Source: Desulfatiglandales bacterium (GTDB lineage Bacteria; Desulfobacterota; DSM-4660; Desulfatiglandales; HGW-15). Taken from it: a stretch of 64,000 nucleotides of DNA. Shown here in pieces: positions 41,799 to 51,627 of this stretch; position 1 is the stretch's first letter, and every line of letters begins with the position of its first letter. A model generated the notes under the pieces. That model ran no database searches, had not been told where the DNA came from, and saw nothing but the letters and a program-made list of their open reading frames with translations. The stretch is from contig CAXXJJ010000001.1 of the NCBI GenBank assembly GCA_963667015.2, forward strand, positions 480,001-544,000, given 5' to 3'. A program made the position numbers and the translations under genes.

Positions 41799-41818
41799 TT
41801 TATCCTGATTCTATTGAC

Positions 41819-41950
41819 AGCCAACGTGTGCATTACGGGCCGTGCGGTGCAGACCAACTTACCTTTTTAAAGGTGCGATGACACTGAGTTGGCAGATAGT
41901 TTAAAAAAAGCGAAAAAATAGCACGGTCCTTGTAGATGCAATGGTTGGCT
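41819..41950 (-). repeat. attC site
   Basis: AGCCAAC...GTTGGCT. Confidence 0.87.
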
Positions 41951-42234
41951 GCCGCCAACCTGTTTAGTTTATTTTTGACTGCTTACTTTCAATTACTGAT
42001 TTTTAAAGATTTGATGCTTTTTGAATACTATGTTTATTGATTTTTCTTTTTTATGCTTTTTCAATTTTCTTTTCAAAAGAATTTTCGGGGAGCAAAAGAC
42101 TTCCGGATTTAGTTATTTGCTTTTGTTCATTAAAATATTTATGAAGAATGCTCACGTTTTTGAGTTACATGTTTTTGCAACTTCACTTCCGATTTCACCG
42201 GGATATTTTTATTATGCACTATTCAACTGCCAAC
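41944..42234 (-). repeat. ORF-less cassette family A, copy 1
   Basis: GTTGGCTGCCGCCAACCTGTTTAG...; homologous to 44162, 46993 and 47390. Confidence 0.8.
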
Positions 42235-42360
42235 GTTTGCATTACAGGCCGGGCGGTGCAAATCGATTTACTTTGTTAAATACTCGAATGTTGATAGTTT
42301 GCAGACAGTTAAAAAAAAGCGTAAAAAATAGCCCGGTCGTAGTAGATGCGATTGTTAAAT
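42228..42360 (-). repeat. attC site
   Basis: TGCCAAC...GTTAAAT. Confidence 0.87.
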
Positions 42361-42705
42361 TTTATAATTTTGCACTAGTTCTCTTACCTTTGGTTTGAGA
42401 AGTATTTGTTTTTGTCTACTAACTACTGATGCCCAAAGAACTCCTATAATAGGGCTAGCTAGAAGAAGCCGATTTGTCTTTAATTCAAATAATGATGATA
42501 TTAAGCATAGGATAAAAAAAACAATTGTAACAATCAAAACTAAAACTAAAAGTGGTATTGGTGTTCTCCAAAAGAGAGATGAATTCTCTTTATCAAATAT
42601 TTCATGTCTGGCTTTTTCTATGATTTTAAGTTGGACATCATATGGAAACCCTTTTAATTCAGGGTAGGCTTTTTCAATATTATTTTTCCACGTTGACCTG
42701 AACAT
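42355..42705 (-). CDS. Cassette two-TM membrane protein
   Basis: Start MFRSTW after GGAGAGG; stop inside the attC core. Confidence 0.7.
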   Translation of the reverse strand: MFRSTWKNNIEKAYPELKGFPYDVQLKIIEKARHEIFDKENSSLFWRTPIPLLVLVLIVTIVFFILCLISSLFELKTNRLLLASPIIGVLWASVVSRQKQILLKPKVRELVQNYKI

Positions 42706-42720
42706 GACCTCTCCTTGAAA

Positions 42721-42786
42721 ATTTAACGGTGCTGATAACCGGTTTGGCAAGCTTTTCGCCAAATCCGGTTGATTAGCGGGTTATGG
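42721..42786 (-). repeat. attC site (66 bp)
   Basis: ATTTAAC...GTTATGG; same type as 39030. Confidence 0.85.
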
Positions 42787-43239
42787 GTTTTCTTTGTCAC
42801 GTTTTATGTCCTGGATTATCTTTTCAATATATTTACGATCACTTTCAGGCATTTCCATTTCTATTGTTACCTTTCGAAATTTGGGTTCATTATGAATTAC
42901 TTTATCTTTACTCAAAGCGACTTGAACATTTTTGTCTGAACCATCTTTACAGAACTCAACTTTTGCAGAATATCCATAAATGCCTATTGGACCGATTTTC
43001 CCCCAATGCCATTTGGAGTCAATAAATTCAGCTTTATATGATTCAGGTTTAAATGGTGAGTGACCAAAATCTTTTTGACATTTCTCATTGGCGAGGTTAG
43101 CAGCATGTTTTGCTGCCTGCTCTTGGGAAATGATTTGACTCTCATTTTTTGCGTTATTATTCTTGAGAGCACATGAAGTAAAAGCTATGGATAGAATTAT
43201 TGTTACTATAAAAACAAACATTTTATTTTTACGAACCAT
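42781..43239 (-). CDS. Cassette lipoprotein
   Basis: FTSC lipobox, GGAGG RBS. Confidence 0.72.
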   Translation of the reverse strand: MVRKNKMFVFIVTIILSIAFTSCALKNNNAKNESQIISQEQAAKHAANLANEKCQKDFGHSPFKPESYKAEFIDSKWHWGKIGPIGIYGYSAKVEFCKDGSDKNVQVALSKDKVIHNEPKFRKVTIEMEMPESDRKYIEKIIQDIKRDKENP

Positions 43240-43260
43240 AATTTACCTCCTGAATTAAAC

Positions 43261-43348
43261 CCATAACGGCCAGCTCACAAGCCACGCCGAGATGCTCAGC
43301 AAAAATTGAAAGAAGCCCCTCGTGGTCTTGTGAAGCGACAGGTTAAAA
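43261..43348 (-). repeat. attC site
   Basis: CCATAAC...GTTAAAA. Confidence 0.87.
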
Positions 43349-43588
43349 GCCGATTTTGCCCGCTATTTACCGACCTTGTATTTTTGATAACCAGTTATTA
43401 TTACAACAATATTTTGATTCTTATTTTCTATTTACAACTTTTGGCAAGATTGCCAATTTTTGTAAATAGACATCAATTCAGCCCGGAATTTTATTTTTAT
43501 ACTGCTATTTGGGGATTTGGGAAATATTTCCTACTTCCCCAAATACCGTAAATGATGCTTTCTTCATTATAGCCTTTCAGCTTTTAAC
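43342..43588 (-). repeat. ORF-less cassette family B, copy 2
   Basis: Near-identical to 33070-33306. Confidence 0.85.
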
Positions 43589-43669
43589 GGCCAGCTCACA
43601 AGCCCCGCCGTGATGTTGCGCGAAAAACAAAAGAGACCCTCCGGGGTCTTGTGGAGCGACAGGTTAAGT
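43582..43669 (-). repeat. attC site
   Basis: TTTTAAC...GTTAAGT. Confidence 0.85.
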
Positions 43670-43687
43670 TTTTGTTAAAGCACTTTC

Positions 43688-44014
43688 CTAAATAAAATTA
43701 ACAAAGTGTGTCTTTAAGTCATTTTTTTTAATGTATTTTAAATATTTATAGGACACTATTCCCATCGGAAGTGTCGGTAGCATTAGATACAATAATGATT
43801 TGAATATATAGTATCCCCATACAGTTTTACGCAATATGCCAATTACAATTAAGATGTAGTATAGCGAGACTATTGTAACAAACCATATAAATTCCTGCTC
43901 TCCTTGTTCAATAAATATATAAGCAAAAAATATTATTCCTGTTACCGATAGAATGAGCAACACAATGCCAAATAATTTTATGGGTTGATAAATGCTGGTG
44001 TCGTAATCTTTCAT
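43688..44014 (-). CDS. Cassette membrane protein
   Basis: Three hydrophobic segments. Confidence 0.7.
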   Translation of the reverse strand: MKDYDTSIYQPIKLFGIVLLILSVTGIIFFAYIFIEQGEQEFIWFVTIVSLYYILIVIGILRKTVWGYYIFKSLLYLMLPTLPMGIVSYKYLKYIKKNDLKTHFVNFI

Positions 44015-44039
44015 TGCAGTATGTACTTTATCCTTTTAA

Positions 44040-44168
44040 ACTTAACGACCACACTAACAGGCAGGCGGGGCAAACCTTTGAAGGTTATTGCTAGAAATAA
44101 CTTCGTGAACCTTTATGGTTCGATTTGGCAAGAAAAACAGCCTGTCCTTGTTTAGTGTTTTGTTGGCT
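44040..44168 (-). repeat. attC site
   Basis: ACTTAAC..CACTAAC...GTTTAGTG..GTTGGCT. Confidence 0.87.
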
Positions 44169-44419
44169 GCCGCCAACCTGTTTAGTTTGTTTTTAACTGC
44201 TTACTTTCAATTGCTGATTTTTAAAGATTTGATGCTTTTGAATACTATGTTTTTATATTGTTTTGATTTTAATTTCAAAGATTTTCCGGGGAATGGATTT
44301 CCTTTATTTTGTTACCTTTTTATTTTCAGATCAATTCTCGCGCCCTTGAGTCACTTGTTATTTGCAACTTCGCTTCCGATTCTGCCGTGATTCTTTTTTC
44401 TGCTCTATTGACAGCCAAC
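44162..44419 (-). repeat. ORF-less cassette family A, copy 2
   Basis: Homologous to 41944, 46993 and 47390. Confidence 0.8.
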
Positions 44420-44540
44420 GCCCACAATAAGGGGCTGGCGTATTTATGGCAACCAATGTCATGCAAGTAGAAATGTTCCGAAGCCTAAGAACTCTGCCCG
44501 GCAAGATAGTAGCCAGTCGCACTTAATTGTGATGTTAGCC
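44413..44540 (-). repeat. attC site
   Basis: AGCCAAC...GTTAGCC. Confidence 0.87.
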
Positions 44541-44605
44541 CATCAAATATTTTTTTTACCCGAAAGTTCCTGTAAACGATCATGATATTCGACAAGCAAT
44601 TTATT

Positions 44606-44899
44606 TTATTGATTGTCTATAGCAAAACCCTGAATAAATTTCGCAATGCAAATACCGCCCAAAATACCAAATGTAGCGCAGGTAAAACTGAGAGAAAAAC
44701 CTGCAATGAAGCCAGCGGTTATTTGCTCAAGGCCAAGTTGATCTAATTTTTTAATTAATATTGAAAGTGCGTAGAAGCAAACCCCCAGAAAAATACTTCC
44801 TAAAACTAAAACAATCCATCGTATTTCAGTTTCTTTCTGCAACTGTTTCCGAGCAGTTTCAATTATTTCTTCTTCAATATTTTTAATTTTATCATTCAT
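44606..44899 (-). CDS. Cassette membrane protein
   Basis: Two hydrophobic segments. Confidence 0.65.
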   Translation of the reverse strand: MNDKIKNIEEEIIETARKQLQKETEIRWIVLVLGSIFLGVCFYALSILIKKLDQLGLEQITAGFIAGFSLSFTCATFGILGGICIAKFIQGFAIDNQ

Positions 44900-44908
44900 A
44901 TTTCTGAG

Positions 44909-45037
44909 GGCTAACGAAAAGTTAAGGAGCCCGGCGGTTTAATGGCGACTGGCCTCATGCTCCTAAGATAGTTGTTAATATTGACTCTGCTCGCCCGGCG
45001 ATATAGTAGCCGGGTCCCCTTGAACGCCAGGTTAAAA
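44909..45037 (-). repeat. attC site
   Basis: GGCTAAC...GTTAAAA. Confidence 0.85.
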
Positions 45038-45276
45038 GCCGATTTTGCCCGCTATTTACCGACTTTGTATTTTTGATAACCAGTTATTATTACAACAATA
45101 TTTTGATTCTTATTTTCTATTTACAACTTTTGGCAAGATTGCCAATTTTTGTAAATAGACATCAATTCAGCCCGGAATTTTATTTTTGATACTGCCATTT
45201 GGGGATTCAGGAAATATTTCCTATTTCCCCAAATACCTTAAATTACCTTCTTTATTATGTCCTTTAAGCTTTTAAC
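45031..45276 (-). repeat. ORF-less cassette family B, copy 3
   Basis: Near-identical to 43342-43588. Confidence 0.85.
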
Positions 45277-45399
45277 GGCGACGATAAGGAGCTTGCGGTT
45301 TAATGGTGCCGATGGTCGATAAAGTATGAAGACCGTTGATACTGTTGAATTTCAATCGGCAAGAAAAACTAGCAAGTCACCTTGATTGCCTGGTTATTT
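45270..45399 (-). repeat. attC site
   Basis: TTTTAAC...GTTATTT. Confidence 0.85.
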
Positions 45400-45418
45400 G
45401 CTGTGATATAATACCAGC

Positions 45419-45631
45419 TTATTCATAAAATATTGAGACAACAACTTTAGGCGCAGCAATACTGCCACCAGACATAGATTGTTTTATATCATGGATTTTA
45501 ATATTTGGTTTTTGTGCAAGCCATTCATGTATTTCATTTTCCAATTCGGTATGGAGCGGTTCACTTAATCGTCTTTTTGCAAAACCTGTAACTTTTCCAT
45601 AAAGGATTGTAGAAAACATCTTAATTTTCAT
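45419..45631 (-). CDS. Cassette small hypothetical protein
   Basis: AAGGAGG RBS; LENEIHEWL..IKIHDIKQS. Confidence 0.75.
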   Translation of the reverse strand: MKIKMFSTILYGKVTGFAKRRLSEPLHTELENEIHEWLAQKPNIKIHDIKQSMSGGSIAAPKVVVSIFYE

Positions 45632-45687
45632 TATTTTTATTCCTCCTTAACTGTTCACAGCAAGAAAAAGTGATATACCTTAAATAC

Positions 45688-45820
45688 AAATAACGAAAAG
45701 CATTACAGGCCGGCGGTGCAGGCCAACTTACCATGTTAAATGCACGAAGGTTTATGGTTGGCAGATAGTTTAAAAAAAGCGAAAAAAATAGCACGGTCCT
45801 TGTAGATGCAATGGTTGGCT
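45688..45820 (-). repeat. attC site
   Basis: AAATAAC...GTTGGCT. Confidence 0.87.
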
Positions 45821-45860
45821 GCCGCCAACCTGTTTAGTTTGTTTTTGTCTGCTTACTTTA

Positions 45861-46058
45861 TTATGAGATTTCTTTTTTAGGATTTATAACAAAATAACAA
45901 ATGGGTCCAACAATTGGAGTCCATGTGAAAAAAGCCGCCCATAAAACTTTTGAGATATTATCAATTTCTTTTTTACTTAAACTTATAACTGCTATAACCC
46001 ATAAAATAAACCCAATGATTATTAATAGTGCAGGCATACGGAGTCCAAGTCCGAACAT
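45861..46058 (-). CDS. PLDc_N-like small membrane protein
   Basis: KVLW...PIVGPICYF; AAGGAG RBS before MFGLG. Confidence 0.7.
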   Translation of the reverse strand: MFGLGLRMPALLIIIGFILWVIAVISLSKKEIDNISKVLWAAFFTWTPIVGPICYFVINPKKEIS

Positions 46059-46113
46059 ATTATGATTCTCCTTTCGAGCATGATTATCTGTCAATGAATC
46101 TTAAATATTTGAA

Positions 46114-46241
46114 AGCCAACGCCTAAATAACAGGCATGCGGTGCCTGCCTTTGAAGATTATTTAATGTATTATATTTTGCGAACCACGAAAGCCCGATTC
46201 GGCAAGATAATAGCATGTCCTTGTTGATTTAAATGTTATCT
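46114..46241 (-). repeat. attC site
   Basis: AGCCAAC...GTTATCT. Confidence 0.85.
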
Positions 46242-46847
46242 TTAATTTACTTTAAAAACGGGATTATCCGCGTCTGTCATTGCGATTTTAATATCTAAAA
46301 CTTCGCCAAAGGATGTTTTGTAGATTTCTTTAATTGAGTTTTCAATATCAATATAATTTTGAGGGACAAAGTCATGCCAAGCTATGGCCACATGACCTTC
46401 TTTGTTCCTAAACACTTTTGATATTTTTAATCCATTGAGAATAATATTTATATCCTGATATCCTTGTTCAACTATGGTCAATTTCCCAATCAATTGGTTT
46501 AAACTAAGAGTATCATCGTCTTTGAAGTCTTGACGATTTATGTTAGCTAATTGAAAAGGATATTGATTTGGATTAATAGTGCCAGGCTTTGGTTTGTTTA
46601 TGCAATACCCATTTTTTAAATATACTGCTTTTAAAAGTAATTCAGAACCAATACCAATGTACAATCTTTTAGATGTGTTCCGTCTTAAAAGTTTATATTG
46701 TTCGGGGCCAAATTTAATATCTTTAGTCAATAAGAATGCAGAAGTTTCAAAAAAATAATCGGCAGCTTTCTTAAATGTTGTCCAATCACATTCTTCGAAA
46801 AATTTAGCAAATTGATTTTTTATTTCTCTCTCTATTGAAATTGGCAT
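46242..46847 (-). CDS. Cassette protein with HEPN-like motifs
   Basis: GSELLLKA and FRNKEGH (RxxxxH). Confidence 0.65.
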   Translation of the reverse strand: MPISIEREIKNQFAKFFEECDWTTFKKAADYFFETSAFLLTKDIKFGPEQYKLLRRNTSKRLYIGIGSELLLKAVYLKNGYCINKPKPGTINPNQYPFQLANINRQDFKDDDTLSLNQLIGKLTIVEQGYQDINIILNGLKISKVFRNKEGHVAIAWHDFVPQNYIDIENSIKEIYKTSFGEVLDIKIAMTDADNPVFKVN

Positions 46848-46865
46848 AATTATAGTTCTCCTAAA

Positions 46866-46999
46866 AGATAACGAAAAGCATTACAGGCCGGGCAGTGCAA
46901 ACCTACTTGCCATATTAAATGCAAGAAAGTTCATGGATGGCAGATAGTTTAAAAAAGGCGAAAAAAATAGCACGGTCCTTGTAGATGCAATGGTTGGCT
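46866..46999 (-). repeat. attC site
   Basis: AGATAAC...GTTGGCT. Confidence 0.87.
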
Positions 47000-47269
47000 G
47001 CCGCCAACCTGTTTAGTTTGTTTTTGACTGCTTACTTTCAATTACTGTTTTTTAAAGATTTGATGCTTTTTGAATACTATGTTTTTTGATTATTCTTTTT
47101 ATATTGTTCTGAATTATTTTTCAAAGAATTTCCGAGGAATGGATTTCCTTGATATTTTTTTACCTTCTTATTTCCAGATCAATTCTCGCGCCCTTGAGTT
47201 ACATGTTATTGGCAACTTTATTTCCGATTTCCCTGTAATTTCATTCTTTCTACTTTCAAGCACGCCAAC
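46993..47269 (-). repeat. ORF-less cassette family A, copy 3
   Basis: Homologous to the adjacent 47390 copy. Confidence 0.8.
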
Positions 47270-47396
47270 GAAAAGCATTACAGGCCGTGCGGTGCAAACC
47301 TACTTGCCATTTTAAATGCACTAAAGTTTATGGCTGGCAGATAGATTAAAAAAGGCGAAAAAAATAGCACGGTCCTTGTAGATGCACTGGTTGGCT
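47263..47396 (-). repeat. attC site
   Basis: CGCCAAC...GTTGGCT. Confidence 0.87.
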
Positions 47397-47666
47397 GCCG
47401 CCAACCTGTTTAGTTTGTTTTTGACTGCTTACTTTCAATTACTGATTTTTAAAGATTTGATGCTTTTTGAATACTATATTTTTTGATTCTTCTTTTTATA
47501 TTGTTCTGAATTATTTTTCAAAAGAATTTCCGGGGAATGGATTTCCTTTGTTTTTTTGTTACTTTTTTATTTTAGATCAATTCTCGCGCCCTTGAGTTAC
47601 ATGTAATTGCAACTTCATTTCCGTTTCCAGTGAAATTCCCTTTGCTCTATTCTATTGACAGCCAAC
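47390..47666 (-). repeat. ORF-less cassette family A, copy 4 (first cassette of the array)
   Basis: Ends TCTATTGACAGCCAAC. Confidence 0.8.
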
Positions 47667-47720
47667 ATAGGAGTACCGGGCCCATTTTCCCATATCCGCT
47701 CTTTGAAAATTGCCCGAAAA
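47660..47720 (-). other. Probable attI site
   Basis: Last core (minus strand GTTGGCT) with no attC arm beyond it; lies between the array and the divergent intI stub. Confidence 0.6.
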
Positions 47721-47745
47721 TACTCGTTAATAATTATAAATTCAA
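47717..47745 (-). promoter_or_regulatory. Possible cassette promoter Pc
   Basis: Minus strand TTGAAT-N17-TATTTT about 50 bp before attI; AT-rich context makes it weak. Confidence 0.3.
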
Positions 47746-48101
47746 TAATTTATCTTATTATTGGCTCCATATTGAAAGCGGAAAAACAGGCAACGCATAA
47801 TATAAAAACCAATATACTTAAAAACACAATAAAATCAATAATAACATTATAAATCAATAGGTTGTAAGAATATTACGTATGAGTGAAGATGGCCCTGGTC
47901 TATATGGACAAATTTTCCTGTATCAGGGTTCTTGTATTTTTTATTATTTGCTATATGGCTGATATTACACAAATATCTAAATATATCAGCCATATTGGAA
48001 AACAAAAATACGGAAAAAGTTGATAAAAATAAACAAGTAGTTTATTATCTGGCAATTCAAGCTTCTCATAAATAAAGCCAGGAAAAAAGCATTTAAAACT
48101 A

Positions 48102-48651
48102 CTGGATTCCCTGTTCGGAGCCGGGAATGACGTTCGTTGCATGGATTTCCTGATCCCCCGTAAACAACACGGGATCTTCGAGTAGTCGGGGAATGATAAG
48201 AAGTATTTAATTCTATCGATTAAATGATCAGGCAATGGCTGTAAATCAACCATAATTATAAAATGATGTCAAAACAATTATAAGGAGGTTTATCATGAAA
48301 CTTCTTGATCAGGTAAAACAGGTTATGAGGAAAAGGCAGGCTATTAGACTGAAGGCTGAAGGCTGTTAGGGTAAGAGATGTAAAAGCGAGAGAGGATAAC
48401 AGGCTGAAGACTGTTAGCCTGAAGGCTGTTAGGAGAAATAGAGGTCAGATGTCAGAGTTCGGTGCATCAGGAAACTTAAAATCTACGCAGAGCGTCAGAA
48501 GATAGCGTTCATACGGTGGGCCATTGGAACGAGGAAATACCGGGCTAAAGAAGCTGGTTAGCCGAAGGCTGGCAGGGAAAGAGGGCGAAAGATTTTTCGC
48601 CACTACGAAAGACAAAAAAACTGGATTCCGCGGTCGGGGCAGTGGAATGAC
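48102..48651. repeat. REP-like short palindromes and heptamer-like repeats
   Basis: (C)TGGATT(C)C...GGAATGA at 48102, 48141 and 48621; GGCTGAA/GGCTGTT/GTCAGA repeats at 48337-48460. Confidence 0.55.
48295..48369 (+). pseudogene. intI: Integron integrase 5' remnant
   Basis: AGGAGG RBS, MKLLDQVKQVMRKR resembles IntI N-termini (LLDQV..R..H), then breaks into repeats; divergent from the cassettes. Confidence 0.7.
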
Positions 48652-48658
48652 GAATGAT

Positions 48659-49060
48659 TTACAGGGTTCGGCAGGTCCAGATAATGCGGCCTATTATGCG
48701 CATACTGTTTATGCCTTCACCTTCAACAACGATGGGTTCGTACTCTTTGTTATCACTCCTTAAAAGTATCTTCCCTGGGTGCTTTTCTATACGTTTTATC
48801 ATTATTGTATCATCTATGCCCACTGCGTAGACAAGGCCGGGTATTATGCTGTTCTGAGAGCTGTCGACAAGAACAGTGTCACCTGATTTCAACTCAGGCT
48901 CCATACTGTTTCCAAATACCTCCATTAATACCATTTTATCCGGCTGTCCCTTTCGTTTGAGCCATTCGCTCTGAAAGAGATATCTGTTGTTTGTTCCTTC
49001 ATCTGTTTCAAATGAGCCGTCACCCGCACACAGCCTTGCCTTCACCTTTGTGATGCCCAT
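48659..49060 (-). pseudogene. S24 peptidase (CI/LexA-type C-terminal domain) lacking an HTH
   Basis: AG cleavage site, GNSMEP, IKRI, SDNKEY; no N-terminal DNA-binding domain. Confidence 0.75.
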
Positions 49061-49397
49061 GAATTCAGGCTGCGTCAGCCCTGTTTCCTTTCTTCTCCCT
49101 TTCCCAACCCCTTCAGTCAGTAGAGAGGAATCAGTTTATATCTTTATTTAACATGTTGATTATAAAATGCAACAATGGGTGAGTAAAGTCAAGATTTTGA
49201 TGTTCGCCCTGATCCACCATCAAAATGTCATCTGCTAAGGAAGACGGCAGCCAATCCTCCCTGAGTCGGACCTTTTATAAGCCTCAGCCGGCGCTCCTTC
49301 GGCGCCTTGTATCTGAAACTGATACCCAAAATCCACTGTTATTGTTGCCTAAGATAAATTTGGCGGTGGATTTTTTATATTAGAGGCGGGATGCTTA

Positions 49398-51307
49398 GGG
49401 ATGACTCAGAAATAAATTAACAGATTAAAGATGAACTATACCATAAAGCTTGAAAGCGTCTGACATGGCGATAGATATATTACATTGTAATATTAGCAGG
49501 TTAAATATTGACAGGATTGAAAATAATTTGATATAGTTCCCCCTATTATCAATTTAATAGGGGGAACTATATCAAATGTACGCTCAAAAACCTCGGTTAA
49601 ACGAAGCCTTGGAATTCTTTAAAAGCAATAAAATCGGAAGGTTAGACAATCTAAAACATGCACTTCATACCAATAGTACAATGACTGTTTTTCGATCACT
49701 CAAAGAGCTTAACTATCTTTCAAGTTATTCTCACAGGGGAAAGTACTACACCTTGCAGAACATTCCAAAATTTGATGAACTTGGTTTATGGTCCTTTCAA
49801 TCGGTGTGGTTTTCCCAATATGGCAATCTCGTTGAAACGGCAAAAGAGTTTGTGGAAAACTCAAACGCCGGCTATACAACTCACGAACTTGAAGATATCC
49901 TTCATGTTGAAACCAAACACCCCCTTCTGAGTCTTTATAAGCAAGGACGAATCAACCGAGAGAAATTCGGGGGATACTATGTGTATCTTTCCAGTGAAGT
50001 GCATGATAAAAAAAGGCAGATTGCAGTTCGTAAAACAGGCGCTGAAAAATTTGAGGTTGACCTCTCATATGAAATTAAACTGCTCTCTGAGGAGCTGAAA
50101 GCAGCGATAATATTGTTTTTCAGTCTATTAGATGAAAAGCAGCGACGACTGTATGCTGGTTTGGAATCCTATAAATTGGGACATGGCGGAGATAACCAAA
50201 TCGCAAAATTATTGGGATTGGATGTTCATACTGTTTCCAAAGGGCGTAGAGAATTATTCAGCCAGGATATAAAAGTCGATCGTATCCGCGAGAAAGGAGC
50301 CGGCAGAAAACCTGTGGAAAAAAAATTCCGCAGGTCACCGAAAGGATAAGAAAGCTTTTGAAATACGAAACAGCAGGCCATCCAATAAGCGGACTGAAGT
50401 GGACACGAAAAACCACGGAAAAAATATCCAGCGAACTGGAGTCTATTGGAATTATTGTTTCCGCAAATACAGTATGCAGGCTTTTAAAACAAATGGGCTT
50501 TTCCTTGAAAGTGAATTGTAAAAAAATAGAATCCGGGATAAGCAATCCGCCGGACCCGAAAAAAAGAGACCAGCAATTTGGCTATATTGCCGATTTACGC
50601 GAAAAATTTACGAAACGACAACTTCCTGTTATCAGTGTTGATACCAAGAAAAAAGAGTTGATTGGGAACTTTAAAAACTGGGGAGATTCCTGGCAGGAAT
50701 CTCCCATTGAAGTTAAAGATCATGACTTCCCTAGTGATGCCAAAGGGAAAGCTATTCCATACGGTATCTATGATACACAAAAAAATATCGGTACAGTTTT
50801 TCTGGGTGTTACACGGGATACGCCCTCTTTTGCTGTTGATTCCATTGAGACCTGGTGGAAGACCGAAGGGAAAGCCAATTATCCGGATGTCAAAGAGCTG
50901 CTTATACTGGCTGATTCAGGCGGTAGCAACAGCTGCCGATCAAGGGTGTGGAAATATAAAATCCAAAAAAATATTTGTAACCGGTATGGATTATCCATCA
51001 GAGTCAGCCACTATCCTCCCGGTTCGTCAAAATGGAACCCTATCGAACATAGACTGTTTTCAGAGGTCAGCAAAAACTGGGCTGGACGTCCGCTTGAATC
51101 GTATGAGACTGTGCTAAAATATATCCGTACTACAAAAACATCTACAGGCCTCAAGGTGAAAGCACATTTTGTCAGAAAAAATTATAAAACAGGAGAGAAA
51201 GTTTCTAACAAACAAATGGATCAAATAGCCATCAAAAATGGCCTATTACCTGAGTGGAATTATATTTTACATCCAACTAAAATGTGATTTTATTTTTGAG
51301 TCATCCC
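49398..51307 (+). mobile_element. ISAzo13-family element
   Basis: IR GGGATGACTCA(G/A)AAATAAA, 3-bp direct repeat TTA. Confidence 0.9.
49576..51287 (+). CDS. ISAzo13 transposase in two ORFs (49576-50349, 50358-51287) joined by a -1 shift at an A8 run
   Basis: LDEKQRRLYAG, VISVDTKKKE, ADSGGSN, SKWNPIEHRLFS; A-run at 50318-50325. Confidence 0.9.
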
Positions 51308-51627
51308 TTAGTATTTTATTCAAATACTTATCAAATTTAATAACCAAAAATAGCTTTTGCCGGCTAAAAAGTATTACTGTTCAATCTGAAGAGGGTGAAA
51401 CATCAAAAAGAGCACCGGAATTAGAATAATATAAGGAATCAAAAATTGACAAATAGCTGTAACCTCAATATGATACAACACAATTGCGTATTGGTTTGAA
51501 GGCTTAATTTTGTTTGCTTTCCTGAAGAGGTAATCCCTATCGATACTTCAACTCGCCATCTTTATATTTCCAAAAAGAAACATGTCAGCATCTGTTCTAT
51601 TATCATCATCTATTAAGGAGGTTTTGA

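Larger units (their letters stand above)
22186..47666 (-). mobile_element. Integron gene-cassette array (about 30 cassettes) lacking an intact integrase (CALIN-like)
   Basis: Short co-oriented minus-strand ORFs separated by 60-135 bp imperfect palindromes bounded by ...AAC and GTT...; each cassette's two core heptamers are usually reverse complements (e.g. GTTCTGT 28750/ACAGAAC 28980, GTTCGGC 29100/GCCGAAC 29347, GTTGGGC 29470/GCCCAAC 30407). Confidence 0.95.

Noticed and set aside
32935..47315. Plus-strand ORFs 32935, 42021, 43306, 44115 and 47070 as a gene family
   Set aside because: They run across attC or IS ends, lack RBSs and change frame between copies; the T-rich strand is simply poor in stops
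22186..47666. CRISPR array
   Set aside because: Repeats are 60-135 bp imperfect palindromes separated by whole genes, with no fixed spacer length and no cas genes
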